From Octopus sinensis (lineage: Eukaryota), in assembly GCF_006345805.1 (NCBI RefSeq), contig NW_021831727.1, positions 1-34,359 on the forward strand: a stretch of DNA of 34,359 bases. Direction: 5' to 3'. The position numbers and the translations under genes were made by a program. A model generated the notes under the pieces. That model was given only the letters and a program-made list of their open reading frames with translations, ran no database searches and was not told the origin of the DNA. Within the stretch, counting starts at the first letter, position 1. Each line of letters begins with the position of its first letter. Of the stretch, positions 21,079-32,179 are shown piece after piece.

Positions 21079-22164
21079 CTAGTAAATTTGATACTTATTG
21101 TAGTATTGAACAAGCAATGTCTTCAACTCTTCTTGTCCCTGGGAGTCGAGGTTAACCAGAGGAGCCCGGACAGGTCCCCCGTAAAGTCCAATCACATCCA
21201 AGGCAAACTTATACCCGGCAGAACAAGATTTTTTGCAACCTTCAGTGACTGAGCAATAATAGAACGAGGTGATTGAGTGGAAGAAAGCTCTGCTGCAACT
21301 CAAGAGCTTCCTGGAAGGACGATGACTGGAGGAGGGAGTACAACCTGCAGGCTGATCGAGGGAGTACTCCCGCCAACGAACTGATGCAGTATTTGGCTCC
21401 TGTGGGTAAAGAAAAAAAGGGTACCTGCAACGTAGGCAGGTAGAAGAAGAGAAGCAGAGCCCATAAAGACATTAAACTCACAGTTTTTAGTTAAAGAGAC
21501 GACTTGTGATATTTTGATGATCTGAGATTATAAAATGAGACTCACATCTCCGCCGCTCTCTTTCAATCCGATTATATTTGGGTGTTGGGCCATTTCGGCA
21601 ATGATTTGTGAGTCCATATCGATGCCCGTGAATTGAGGAATGTTGTACATAATGACGGGGAGGGGCGAGGCGTCGGCCACCTGAATAAATTACAGCACTC
21701 TCACCTCGTTGAAGTACAAACGAAATGTGTCAGCATTCATTTGTGGTTTGTAGTAGTATGGGGGTTTCACCAGCACTGCATCCACCCCACAGTCCGCCAG
21801 CTGGTTTATTTGCTCGATCGTTGCCCTCGGGGCTGCAGTTATACTTAACGGATGTACTTTCATATCCAGCTCCCGAAATCAATACTTTGCTACTATTCAA
21901 AGCTTTTCTGGCAGTGCTCACCACTTGGATACGTTCGGAAGGACTCAGTAGAGGGTATTCTCCATTCGATCCGATCATGGTTATTCCATTTATGTCAGTC
22001 TCGTTCCACTTGCCAATATTCTCGGTCAGTTTTTGGGTGATGACATTGCCTTTATCGTCAAATGGGGTTGGGATAGGCGGAATAATCCCTCTTATCTTGC
22101 TTATATATCTTCGTGAAGCCATCGATGTGTGAATAATACTGCTCAGAGATCGTGCCACTCCCAT
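21079..22164 (-). CDS. HOGA1: 4-hydroxy-2-oxoglutarate aldolase (DHDPS-like family), probably mitochondrial
   Basis: Introns 21833-21857, 21681-21704, 21522-21545, 21400-21424 and 21240-21265. Motifs GIIPPIPTPF, GSNGEY, YNIPQFTG, HPNIIGLKESGGD, GLYGGPVRAPL. The N-terminus is basic with no acidic residues. One missing A near 21209 restores PGIKFALD. Confidence 0.92.
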
Positions 22165-22199
22165 TTATGGTTTGATATTAATTGAGTTCTTTTATATTA

Positions 22200-25100
22200 T
22201 TTTTATATTTTGTTATTTATTAAACCAATGTTTAATAAAAAATTAATTATGTAAATTCTATCTTAAATTATTTAAGAATCCAGATCGTCAGTGATTTCTC
22301 TTCTTCGCTTGGAAGAAGAGTTTGCAACAAAATTCTCATCATTTTCCATTTCTGCGTCAAAGTAATTGTTCAACTGAGTGTCCTCACGACATGCCAGCTC
22401 TGCAAGTTGATTGGCGGCAGAGGCGTACTCCTCGTTGTCTACCTTCATCCCATGTCTGTGTTCAATAAGCATACTCTCTAGAGTCCTCTTCAGCACAACC
22501 GACTGGATGTATGTCCTCGTTCCTTCTTCAATGGATAATTTGTCCATATGACTTTTAAAGAACTTTGAGACAACTCCATCCCATGTCAAGACAATTGGAA
22601 TAATCTTCACTTTTGCTTCATAGAGAAACGACAGTTCGTTTGCAAGCAGGTCATATTTGTGAAATTTCTCCACTTCAACTTGCTTTAAACGGTCTTGCGA
22701 GGTAACTCCCACTTCGATTAAATGAATTTCTCTTTTCCTCTTGTCATAAACGAAGATATCAGGTTTATTGAATTGAACCTTTGTTTCAGTCATAATTGAA
22801 GTGTCAACTCTGATTTCGACATTTTGGGTCGACATTGTTGACACGACTGAATGTCCTTTCAATTTCCTGCTTCGTTTTATTCCATACATTCGACACAAGT
22901 GGAGATGAATACACTTTACCACTTCGTTGTGTCTTCGGAGATAATCACTGTTTAGCATCCTACCACACCGCGTGGCTAGATGGTCAACAGTCTGCCTGCT
23001 TTTTTTGCAGTGGACGCATAGTGATCCCGTGTATGCAAAGAACAAATTCCTATCTTGCAAAAGACAGTACAATGCTTCGCTTCGTGGACCATTGTTCCCT
23101 TTCGATAGCCATTGCGAAGAAGTAGATATGTCGACATCTGATTCCTCCATACATTTGAACATCACCGAGTGTAGTGATTTACTGTTAATTCGGTTAAGCA
23201 AGAGTTTCCTTTGTGCGTCCTTCAGTAACTCAATGGTCAGATTTTCCCTGCCGACAGCTGCATATTTGGAGACAAGAAATTCTGCGATTGTGGCTAAGTG
23301 CCATTTTTTTCCTTTTATTACTCGCAGAATACCCGACCTCCGCAGACAGGTAGTCGACTGTTTTTCCAAACTTTTAAGAAACTGGAAGAGCATTAATTCG
23401 CTTTTGAAAGAAATTGAGGCAAGTCCTCTTCCAAGGGTCTTGCGGTCCAAATACAACCTCTCCTTATTTGCAGGCTGGAGGTGTAACTTGAGAGTCGTAA
23501 GTAATCGGCGTATTTGTTGGTCAATCTCATCAAATTCGTAAGGTTCAATATTGATTAGCCCAATATAATAATTATATAGGGATAATGCATATTCATTGAT
23601 TCCACGAAACAAATTTACAGCATTCAGGTTTGTTTTTGACAACATAGTTATCCTCTTCTTGACATTCTCCAATATGGAGTCCATAACTTTATTCTTGAGA
23701 ACATTACTTCCGCCATCTTCAAGTACACCCAAGTAGCGATATCCGTTGATTCCATCGACAGTCTCACAGCATGATAAAGATTCCACATTAGATGCTGATT
23801 TTTCGGAATTCATCTCTAGGCCGACACTTTCAAAAAATCCATTAACAGCCTCCATCATTTTGACTAACACATCTTCTTTGAGGGCAACTATTTTCAGATC
23901 GTCAATAAAGAAGAAATGATGGTGGAGTATGTCAACATATGGAATCTTCCCGACTAATTTCGAGTTTGGGAAACATGGAGTTAAGCATCCTGCTTAGGGG
24001 ATCCATCGCCATAACGAATAGCAGCGGGGACAATGAATCTCCTTGGAGTATTCCCCGGCTTAACTTTACTTTCCCAATTCTTTTCCCATCGATATGTAAG
24101 TTTACTGTCCACTTCTTGACTATGTTCTTTACAAAGCTGACAATCCAATGTGGTATTCCAGAGCAATCCAATACGTGGAACAAGAACTCGTGATCAACTG
24201 AGTCAAATGCCTTCTTCACATCGACCCAAGCAGAATAAAGGCCATTTCCATACTCCTTATTTAAGCATTGGTTAATGAGGGCTTGCTCTTTGGCGCCTTG
24301 ACATTGCTTCCTCGTCCCAAGCTGATTATCTGAGATTAAGCCAAATGCTCGATGAAATCGATGAAATCGGCCAGTTTGGCATTAACACATTTGGTGACAA
24401 GTTTATACAAAGTTGGCATACACGTTATAGGGCGTAAGTCCTTCGGGGTCTCACACTCACTTTTTTAGGGATCAAGTAAGTTACGCCAGTGTAAAACCAG
24501 CTATCAGGCGTGTACTCTCCATTAATTATTCGGACTATCTCTTTACACAGAAACCCATGCAAAGAATCCATCTTCTTTAAGAAAAAGTTATACGTTCCGT
24601 CGCATCCGCATGCCTTCCAGTCAGGTGCATATTTGAGCATATCCATAATAAAATCACTTGTGAATTGAGGTCGCATGGTTTCACCGCCAGTACACCTCAC
24701 ACCCACAAAATCATAAACTACGGGCCCCATATTTTTCTTGCTCCAGACATCTTCCCAAAATGATAAGCACTCACCATCACCAAACCCATACAGGGTGGCT
24801 TCGTTGCTCGAAGATAAGTTTCGATAAAATCTTCTGCGGTTTAATTCAAAACACGCATTGTCTTTCCGGAAATTTTTCCTCGAGGAATGGATAGATATCT
24901 GTTTCTTTTTGATTCTAATTAGATCATTCAATAGAGTCTCAATTCTGGTTAGCTCCCCCTTCTTAGACTTCTTATATCCGTAGCGGCAGAGAACATCCAT
25001 TGCCTTTTGCTTTTCTGCCTGAGGCAAGGTTTGTTTGGAGAAAGAACGAACTGTGTCAATTTCATCTGCTAATTTAGAGATTTTTCTTTCCGTGTTTTCC

Positions 25101-25800
25101 AACCATGTGCTCTGTGGTCTGGCTCTCGTAGTTAAGGCCAAATAAGCACACTGTGCAGCATATAGAATATCGGTAATTTGATTAATATCTTGGGGCGGAT
25201 CATCTTTTGTAATATGATAAATTGCAGAATTAATCCAGCCAGGAGGATATCAGTTTTTTACCATCCTTCGTTGCACCTTTGGAGTTGGCTTTCGAGAGTC
25301 TCTCTGAATAGACTGAACTTTCCCAATTTGGAATTTGAGTTCCTCTAGGCAATTTCTGAAACTGGAAATTTCTACGTCCACATCATCTTGCACTCTGGAA
25401 GAGTCGCATCTCCCTTGCACATTGTTATTCCGTCTAGCCATGCTCTTTAGTTGGCATAAACTAGAGCACTTTGCCGAGTACTTCTCATTGAACTTCTCCA
25501 GGACAAGGTTCCAACCACCTCTTGGCATCCTTCCAAGTCTTTGCTTCGCGGCAAGGGCAATCTGAGACACCCATTCGCCTTCAGAGACACCATTGACATT
25601 TCCGATGATCGCAGAAAGAGAATGCAAGTTAGTTTTGGCAGCATCACCAACAAGATCTTCTTTAACACCATTAGCTCTTGTGGCATTGTGAGGTCCCATA
25701 GGCGACGGTCCTGTCTTTTTAAGTTCTTTTTATTTGCAGGAAGGCCCGTAGGTTTCGTTTTCCTTAACTGCTTGGAAACGTACATGCACACACCACAACA
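22200..25800 (-). mobile_element. Near full-length RLE-type non-LTR retrotransposon (RT, CCHC, REL endonuclease)
   Basis: RT motifs WVDVKKAFD, GILQGDSLSPLLF, FIDD and YLG; CVHCKKSRQTVDHLATRC; RHNEVV; KPDIFVYD...LIEVGVT. The ORF is split by roughly five frameshifts. AT-rich 3' UTR containing AATAAA. Confidence 0.92.
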
Positions 25801-26299
25801 ACTTTATTTATTAAATAAATTAATCATTATTTAAAGCTAATAATATTTCATACTATCTACAATTTTCATACTATCTACAACTTGAAGCTTTTAATTCCCG
25901 CACTTGAAGCTTTTAATTAATTAACTTGTAGTTATTGGTTGGTTTTCCTTTAATAAATTAACATTCTACAACTTTATTTTCATAAATAAACTACTCTTAT
26001 AAAAATTTTAAGTAATCTTATTCATTGTTTATCGAGTTATTTACAATTAAGTAATATTCTACATTATCCGCTTTAAAATTTACATCTTTAGTTAAGATTC
26101 TGTTAAGAATAAAAATAATCGTTCCACTTCGTACGATGTAGCCTGACATTTAATCAACAAAGAATAATCTATAGACGTAAAATAACATAGAATAATTAAC
26201 TTTATTGTTCTATCTCTGGCTTGTGAAAATTGTTTAGCACAAGCGAAAATTTTGTCACCTAGTTGTTGTAGATGGTTCTTCCGAGTTCATCATTAAGTT

Positions 26300-27140
26300 T
26301 TAGTTTTTCTGATTTTTCTGTCGCGCTGGTATTTTTACAGCTGATACGTTTGCGCTTCCTGCATGTAGCCTTTTTAAACGAACTCTCTCTGGATCTACCG
26401 GCCGACGACCTGCAGGAATTTCGGACCATAGTCAACCTCCAATTCCTTCTGAGATGTCCAGACAGAGGATTTAGGACGAGATCTGGGCAGCACACTCCTT
26501 TTCCATGCTACAGCCGCTACTGGATTAACATCGCCTGGCGTGCTTGCTTTCTGCAGTTCACAAACACAGTGACTCCTGACTCGACGTCTCCCAGACGCCA
26601 TCAACGGGCTAGTTATTGGATGACGAGAATCTCCGAATTCGAGTTGCTCTTCGGTTGGGTATTGATAGCTGTACGCCCCGTTGTTGCCGATGGGAAGGTA
26701 TGGTGAATGTGGAAGCTCCCGAGAACAGGCCGCACGCCTCGTCACGGGGCACTCAACGACGTCATCTCGTGAGCACTCAATGTTGCCGGTTTCTTGAATT
26801 TACTCGAACTAGCCGGTCTGGACAGGGGGGACGGCAAGCCTCTAAATAGGATGGCAACCTTTTTTCCGTAATGGCAAATGCCACATCTGGGATGCTACGA
26901 ATACAATTTAGTCCCCATCCGCATCTTCTCCTGGATCGGCTGCGGTTTTGGCGAAGTCAACATAACGGAAAAGTGCAATCAAATTGCCCCTCAACATTTC
27001 TCTGTCCCTCCGATATTCGAAACCTCCGGAGCCTTCGGCTTGCAAAAATCAAAATTTCTGAAAAACGTCTCCCACATTATCGCTCGAGGATGTTCTCTGG
27101 CAATGCTGCAGATCGAGTTTGTTTTTTTCTCACTATCTTC
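26300..27140 (+). mobile_element. Degenerate CRE-like retrotransposon 3' fragment
   Basis: HRLACLL, LDDENLRIRVALRLG, GLDRGDG(K) and FETSGAFG, with many stops and frameshifts. Confidence 0.75.
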
Positions 27141-27163
27141 TCTCATTCAATATAAAAGGTTAG

Positions 27164-27607
27164 ATGTTAGTCAGCTCAACGACACCCCAATGCGTATTGA
27201 ATGGCAGTTTCTGCGGAGCACAGCAACCGAGATTCGCGAAAGTGCCAGCTCGTATTTCTCCAGTCGTCTGTTTTCGAGGAGATTTTCCTAACATTGTCAG
27301 TGAGGAGTTGAGTCACAGCCTTTCGAATATTCCTGAGGTTTTGATAACAAGGACTGAAGACGGATCCAAAAAAGTCCTCCCGGAACTTACTGCTTCAGTG
27401 CTGAGATCGCCCAAGCAGTTTCCCGCAGAGATTCGACAATTTTTAAAAACGATTAACTATAAACAATTATTTTTCTTCATCGGCTTGGAACGAAAATTAC
27501 AAGGGAAAATAAGGATCCCAACCAGACTTATCATCTTTTTCAAAAAGTCTCGTCAGCGATCTTCCGAGAAAACTGCAACCCATCTTGTACGGAAGAGTTC
27601 AAAATAA
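27164..27607 (+). other. Unassigned ORF-bearing island between two LINE remnants
   Basis: A 147-codon open frame on the plus strand and a competing spliced reading on the minus strand. No family recognised. Confidence 0.2.
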
Positions 27608-27899
27608 TTCTTTTCTATGTTTAAATTCAAAATCAAAAAATAAATTCTCCGAAAAAAATTAAAATGTAAAGAGTGATATTTTAAAAAAGAACAACATGTT
27701 CTCCAGTCAACGGGAACAATCTTCTTAACGTTCTAAAGCGAACGCCAAGTCACGTTCAGGCAATGCAGAGTAAAGAACATCATTACAGTTTTGTCTAAGA
27801 ACATTTTTGATAAACGTTCTCTCTTAGAAATGATCCTGAAAGTATAGCCTTACTTCCAATAAATAGGAAGATAAAGATGAGATAGGTTTATTTTCACAA

Positions 27900-30450
27900 A
27901 GAGAATACTTGATATAAAATTAAAGAAAAGTAGCAGGCCTTATACACTAAGTCGTTCATGGCTATTTCCTTCTCTTGTCTAGAAACTTTAGGAACTGGCT
28001 TTCGACAAGTCACCAATTTCGTGACAGCTCATAAAAAGGTTTTGTGACAGCTCGGTATTTTTTCTCTCAAATTTACGCTAAAGGCCACCTTGAGAGCTAA
28101 TCTCCTCGTTTTTCCAGTAGTTTTATAATTCTTGCCTTAGAAAGGGACAAGATCCGCCCTTCCAGCCCAGACATCACCACAGAAAGAATGACTACCCGGA
28201 AAATAAATAGCACAGTCTCCGGGGTAGTTTGATTAGGTCCATAATCATTTGTGTAAACATTTCATTAAAAAAATTAGACTTCCAGGTACAAAAACGATTA
28301 GCTCTTCCGAATAGATTCAATCGTATATGGTAAGGTTTTTGCACTTCTTGCTTATACTTTAGTGAGCGTGCACTTCTCAATTAACAGAGTCAAGTACTTC
28401 AATACCATCCACTGTTTTATTTGCTTTAAGTAGATTTTAGTTTTATTTCCGACGTCGTCGGAAGGGCTGCCTCGTTCGTGATAATAACGTCATCAGCATA
28501 AAGGAATACATTCGTTGAGATGCACACAGGTTTTTGGAAAGTCTGCCATGTACACGATGAACAAAAATGGGGTGAGAACTGAGCCTTGAGGTACTTCCTT
28601 TTTTGAAGAATAACTTTTGAATCTTAACCAAGATATTTGACAAAGGAGATCCTCCCATTCAAAAAACTCGCTAACTATCAAGGGTTTCTGCATCGACATC
28701 ACAATATTCAAGATTTTCCAGCAAGATTGAGTGACAGACACTGTCGAAAACCTTCGACACATCCAAGCAGACAATACTGTTCGATAAGCCAGAATCTCGT
28801 GCCTTAGATACTATCGAATTCAGTCGATAGATGAAGTCAGCAAGGTTCGGCCCGGACGAAAACCCCACTGATCGTGAGAGAGCCAGTGATTCTATATGCA
28901 ATACTAGACTTCTATATATGATTTTCTCCATTATCTTTGATGTAGATCAAATTAGACTTATAGGCCTATAGTCCAAGGCTTTTTTAAATTTCTTAGGTTT
29001 TCGAATTATTCGAACTTAGGTTTTTTCCATGATGTTAGAACGGAGGCTGGAATTGTAGAGTTTTGTAAGCACAGACATCAAACAAATCAGTGCATGCTTA
29101 ATACAGGCCATTGGAATCTTGTCATATACTGGGGCCGCATTTTTGACTACGCTTATTACTTCTCGAGTCTCAGACTCAATAATCGTGTAACGTTGCAATC
29201 TGCGTGTGTAGTTTGCTGGAGGACGCTTTGGTAAAAAGGCAGATGGATCTGCTTCCGAAACAGCTGCGAGCTGATTGCGGAGGATTTCAGTAATCTCCTC
29301 TTGGATCGAGAGGCATCCTCTCAGACGTCATTAATGTTGAATACAGCATTATAGTCATCATCTTGGAAGTATGATCACCGCCGATGTTTTCGATTTTCCT
29401 CGTAGGTTTGCATAAGAGCTTCAATGAGGGTGAAGTTAGGAACAGCCGTAAGAAATCATCTCCATGACATGAAAAATAATTTGGCTCTTCCGATGTTTAA
29501 ACATCAAAACCAACATGATCGGATATAGCTCGCAGGCTTTTTTTCTACTGAAGATGGGCATTTAGAATTTAGATTTCCAGCAATTAGTGAAAATTGATTT
29601 TCTTTAAAGAAATCAGCAATTAAGTTTTTGTTTTCAGCTAATTTCTTATAGTAAATTCCCCCAAGCAGAACCCATTCCTGTCTACATTAAAACTCGAGAG
29701 ACAAAAATTTAAAAATAGTTTCGTTTTCTATTCTCAAGTTTTCCATCTTTAACCAATTCATATAGAAGATGACCGTGCCAGCAACTGGACACCATATGAA
29801 GTATAGCCATCCAAGGTATATCATTCCATGTTTTTATTTTGACTCGTTTACTACTAAAATATCCGGCTGATGGAAAGCCACGAGCCGGATTAGCTCGGAA
29901 GGCCGTCTCCATATTGATCTGACATTTAGGAGGATGACCACAAGAGAGCCTTTTACGCCACCATCTCTCGTAAATATCGATCTTTTTCGTTAGAGATCAC
30001 ATCGTTCTATCCCAATTAAATGATTTCCCCCTCAATTGATTTAAGTCACCTGTCTATCGACATATTGAGTTCCTTTTTAAGGATGACTTCTTTTTGAGAC
30101 CCCTGCCTTTCGTTGTTTTTTGTTCCGGAATTAATTTTGAGACTTCTGCTGCTTCCAGATCTATAGTCATTATATTTGAGTCCGTAGGCTCATCCGTTTG
30201 GGTTCCAATGGATACACTGCTTTTAAAGACTTCTGTTTACAGACGATTCTTCCAAAAATGGAGTCACAGTTTGCTGTTTCTTCCAAGCTGAGGTCATACT
30301 TGGGGCTTTCTTAGAGATCATATACAATCCAAAATCAGAAGGTAGATTGGCTTCCGTGTTTGATGGTACTCAGAGACGAAAGTTTTTAAGGTCCATTTGG
30401 GAGTTATTAGTTTCCACATGAGATCTGAACTCGATTGATGTTATAAAGTT
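27900..30450 (-). mobile_element. Degenerate APE-type LINE (ORF1 remnant, RT)
   Basis: VCLDVSKVFDSVCHSILL, EVPQGSVLTPFLF, VKNAAPVYDKIP and the thumb region KTRRLALKVAF; decayed zinc-knuckle-like sequence near 29780; many stops. Confidence 0.75.
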
Positions 30451-30817
30451 ATTGGACAGCAACTTTTTCGAAGGATATTAAGCTTATAGGTTTTCCATTA
30501 TCCTCAATAAAGAAATATTCATGAGTCCAATCTTGACTAAACGTACAATTTGAAGATTTTAGTCGTCATTATTATTATCAAAACATTTTGGAGCTTGCGT
30601 TCGTTTACACGACCCCGCTGCACAGTAACAGCTTTTTTTAATAAATAATCTAAAAAATTTGCCAGATCTCTTTCCACTGTGGACGTCCCAACCCTATATT
30701 CCATTCAGAGTACTAACATAGCAACTCTTATCATATTTTTATTATTCCATAAGTCTCTTCTCTACTCCTATATGGCAAAAATATTGCATTTTCATCAGAT
30801 CTATTAGCCCTGTGAAT

Positions 30818-31105
30818 TTAAGTAAAAATTAATCCGTTTACCAACTCGATTCTAAAAGATATATACCATTTGACACGAAATACACCATTCTTATTTAAAT
30901 TGAGAGTAATAGTTCGGGGGAAAATTACTTTTTTAGTAATTTTTTCCATTTCTAACGACAGATATTTAGCGGATTTTGCACAATTTGCTCCAGGAAGTTC
31001 GAAAAGTATTTTAACTTTGTTTGTATCCAGAAATGTTGGTCTTTCAGAATCTTTTTCTACAAATGGTTCCTTCGTTGATGTATATCTAAGCAACATAAAA
31101 TACAA
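30818..31105 (-). other. Unassigned ORF, possibly an exon of an unrecognised host gene
   Basis: 95-codon open frame (EPFVEKDSERPTFLDTNKVKILFELPG...) bounded by GT-AG-like AT-rich segments. No family recognised. Confidence 0.25.
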
Positions 31106-31354
31106 TCAATCTTGGGACACCAAGTGTATCATTATTTCTCCTATAAGAAAAATTTTGCTGTCAGTAGGATATAACTTGTCCCTTTAAAAAATCCATTACT
31201 ATTTTTCAAAATAATTAAAAAATTGAGTCTTTTAGCTAAAAAGTGTCCGGATTTTTACGTCACTAAAAACACGTTTTACGCCTTTAACTATTGTTTTTAA
31301 AAACTTTTGAAAATATATTTTTTTTAATACAAAAAATATAGGAACAAATATTAA

Positions 31355-31855
31355 TTTATCCAGCGGTAGATCACTTGGTATTGTGCGTCAAAGCACTTGT
31401 TGTCAAAAAGAATTTACGACGTCAATTATTTACAGAAATTGGATATTCACCCGAGCCCATTGTAACTAGATGGGGCAGCTGGTCAAATGCTGCTGACTTG
31501 CAAAAAATTTAACAGAAATCTTCAAGAAGAGGATTTTTTTATTAAAAATATTGAATCAAATAAATTCACTATTTCAAGAGCGTATCATTTTTGAAAAATA
31601 CTGATTTTAAAGAAGATTCCTGTAAAATTCAAGACTACATAAGCTTACAAATTTCAAGAAACGACATTTTAGAAACAATGGAGTTATCTAAGCTACCAAT
31701 TACTTCATTTCGTCACGCATTATTGTCCGGCAACATCGTGCAAAGTAAAAAGGTCATTTTCTATTATTCATAAAATTTTAACCAAATATTGCAATTTCCT
31801 ACCTGAAAATGTTAAATATTATTTAATGTTGTGCTTTGATAAATTAATTTCTGTT
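31355..31855 (+). pseudogene. Second, more decayed copy of the hAT-like transposase family seen at 8958-9801
   Basis: YPAVDHLVLCVKA...PEPIVTRWGSW and NFLPENVKYYL parallel YPEIDLMIATVQA...IRWGSW and NFLQENVENYV. Confidence 0.7.
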
Positions 31856-32179
31856 TCTTGAAACTTTTAATTTTTTAATGCAATTTAGTCGACTTTTAAG
31901 ATCATTTTTTTAATATTTTTGAGAGCAACTCTCCGGTTGCCCTAATTACAACATGACTGCTCACCGAGAGGTGTTATAGTTACTTAGTAAATATCAATTA
32001 AGCATCGTGTAGAACTAAAAGATTATTTCACTTCTCATCGTAATCTGTGAAAATATTAAATTGGGCTTTTTTTAAAAATAACTTGGTTAAATATTTTAAT
32101 TAGATTTATAATGGAAAAAATTGATTGATAATTATTTTAGAGCTAATATGTATTCACATTTAAAAAGCACTTCGTTTTA

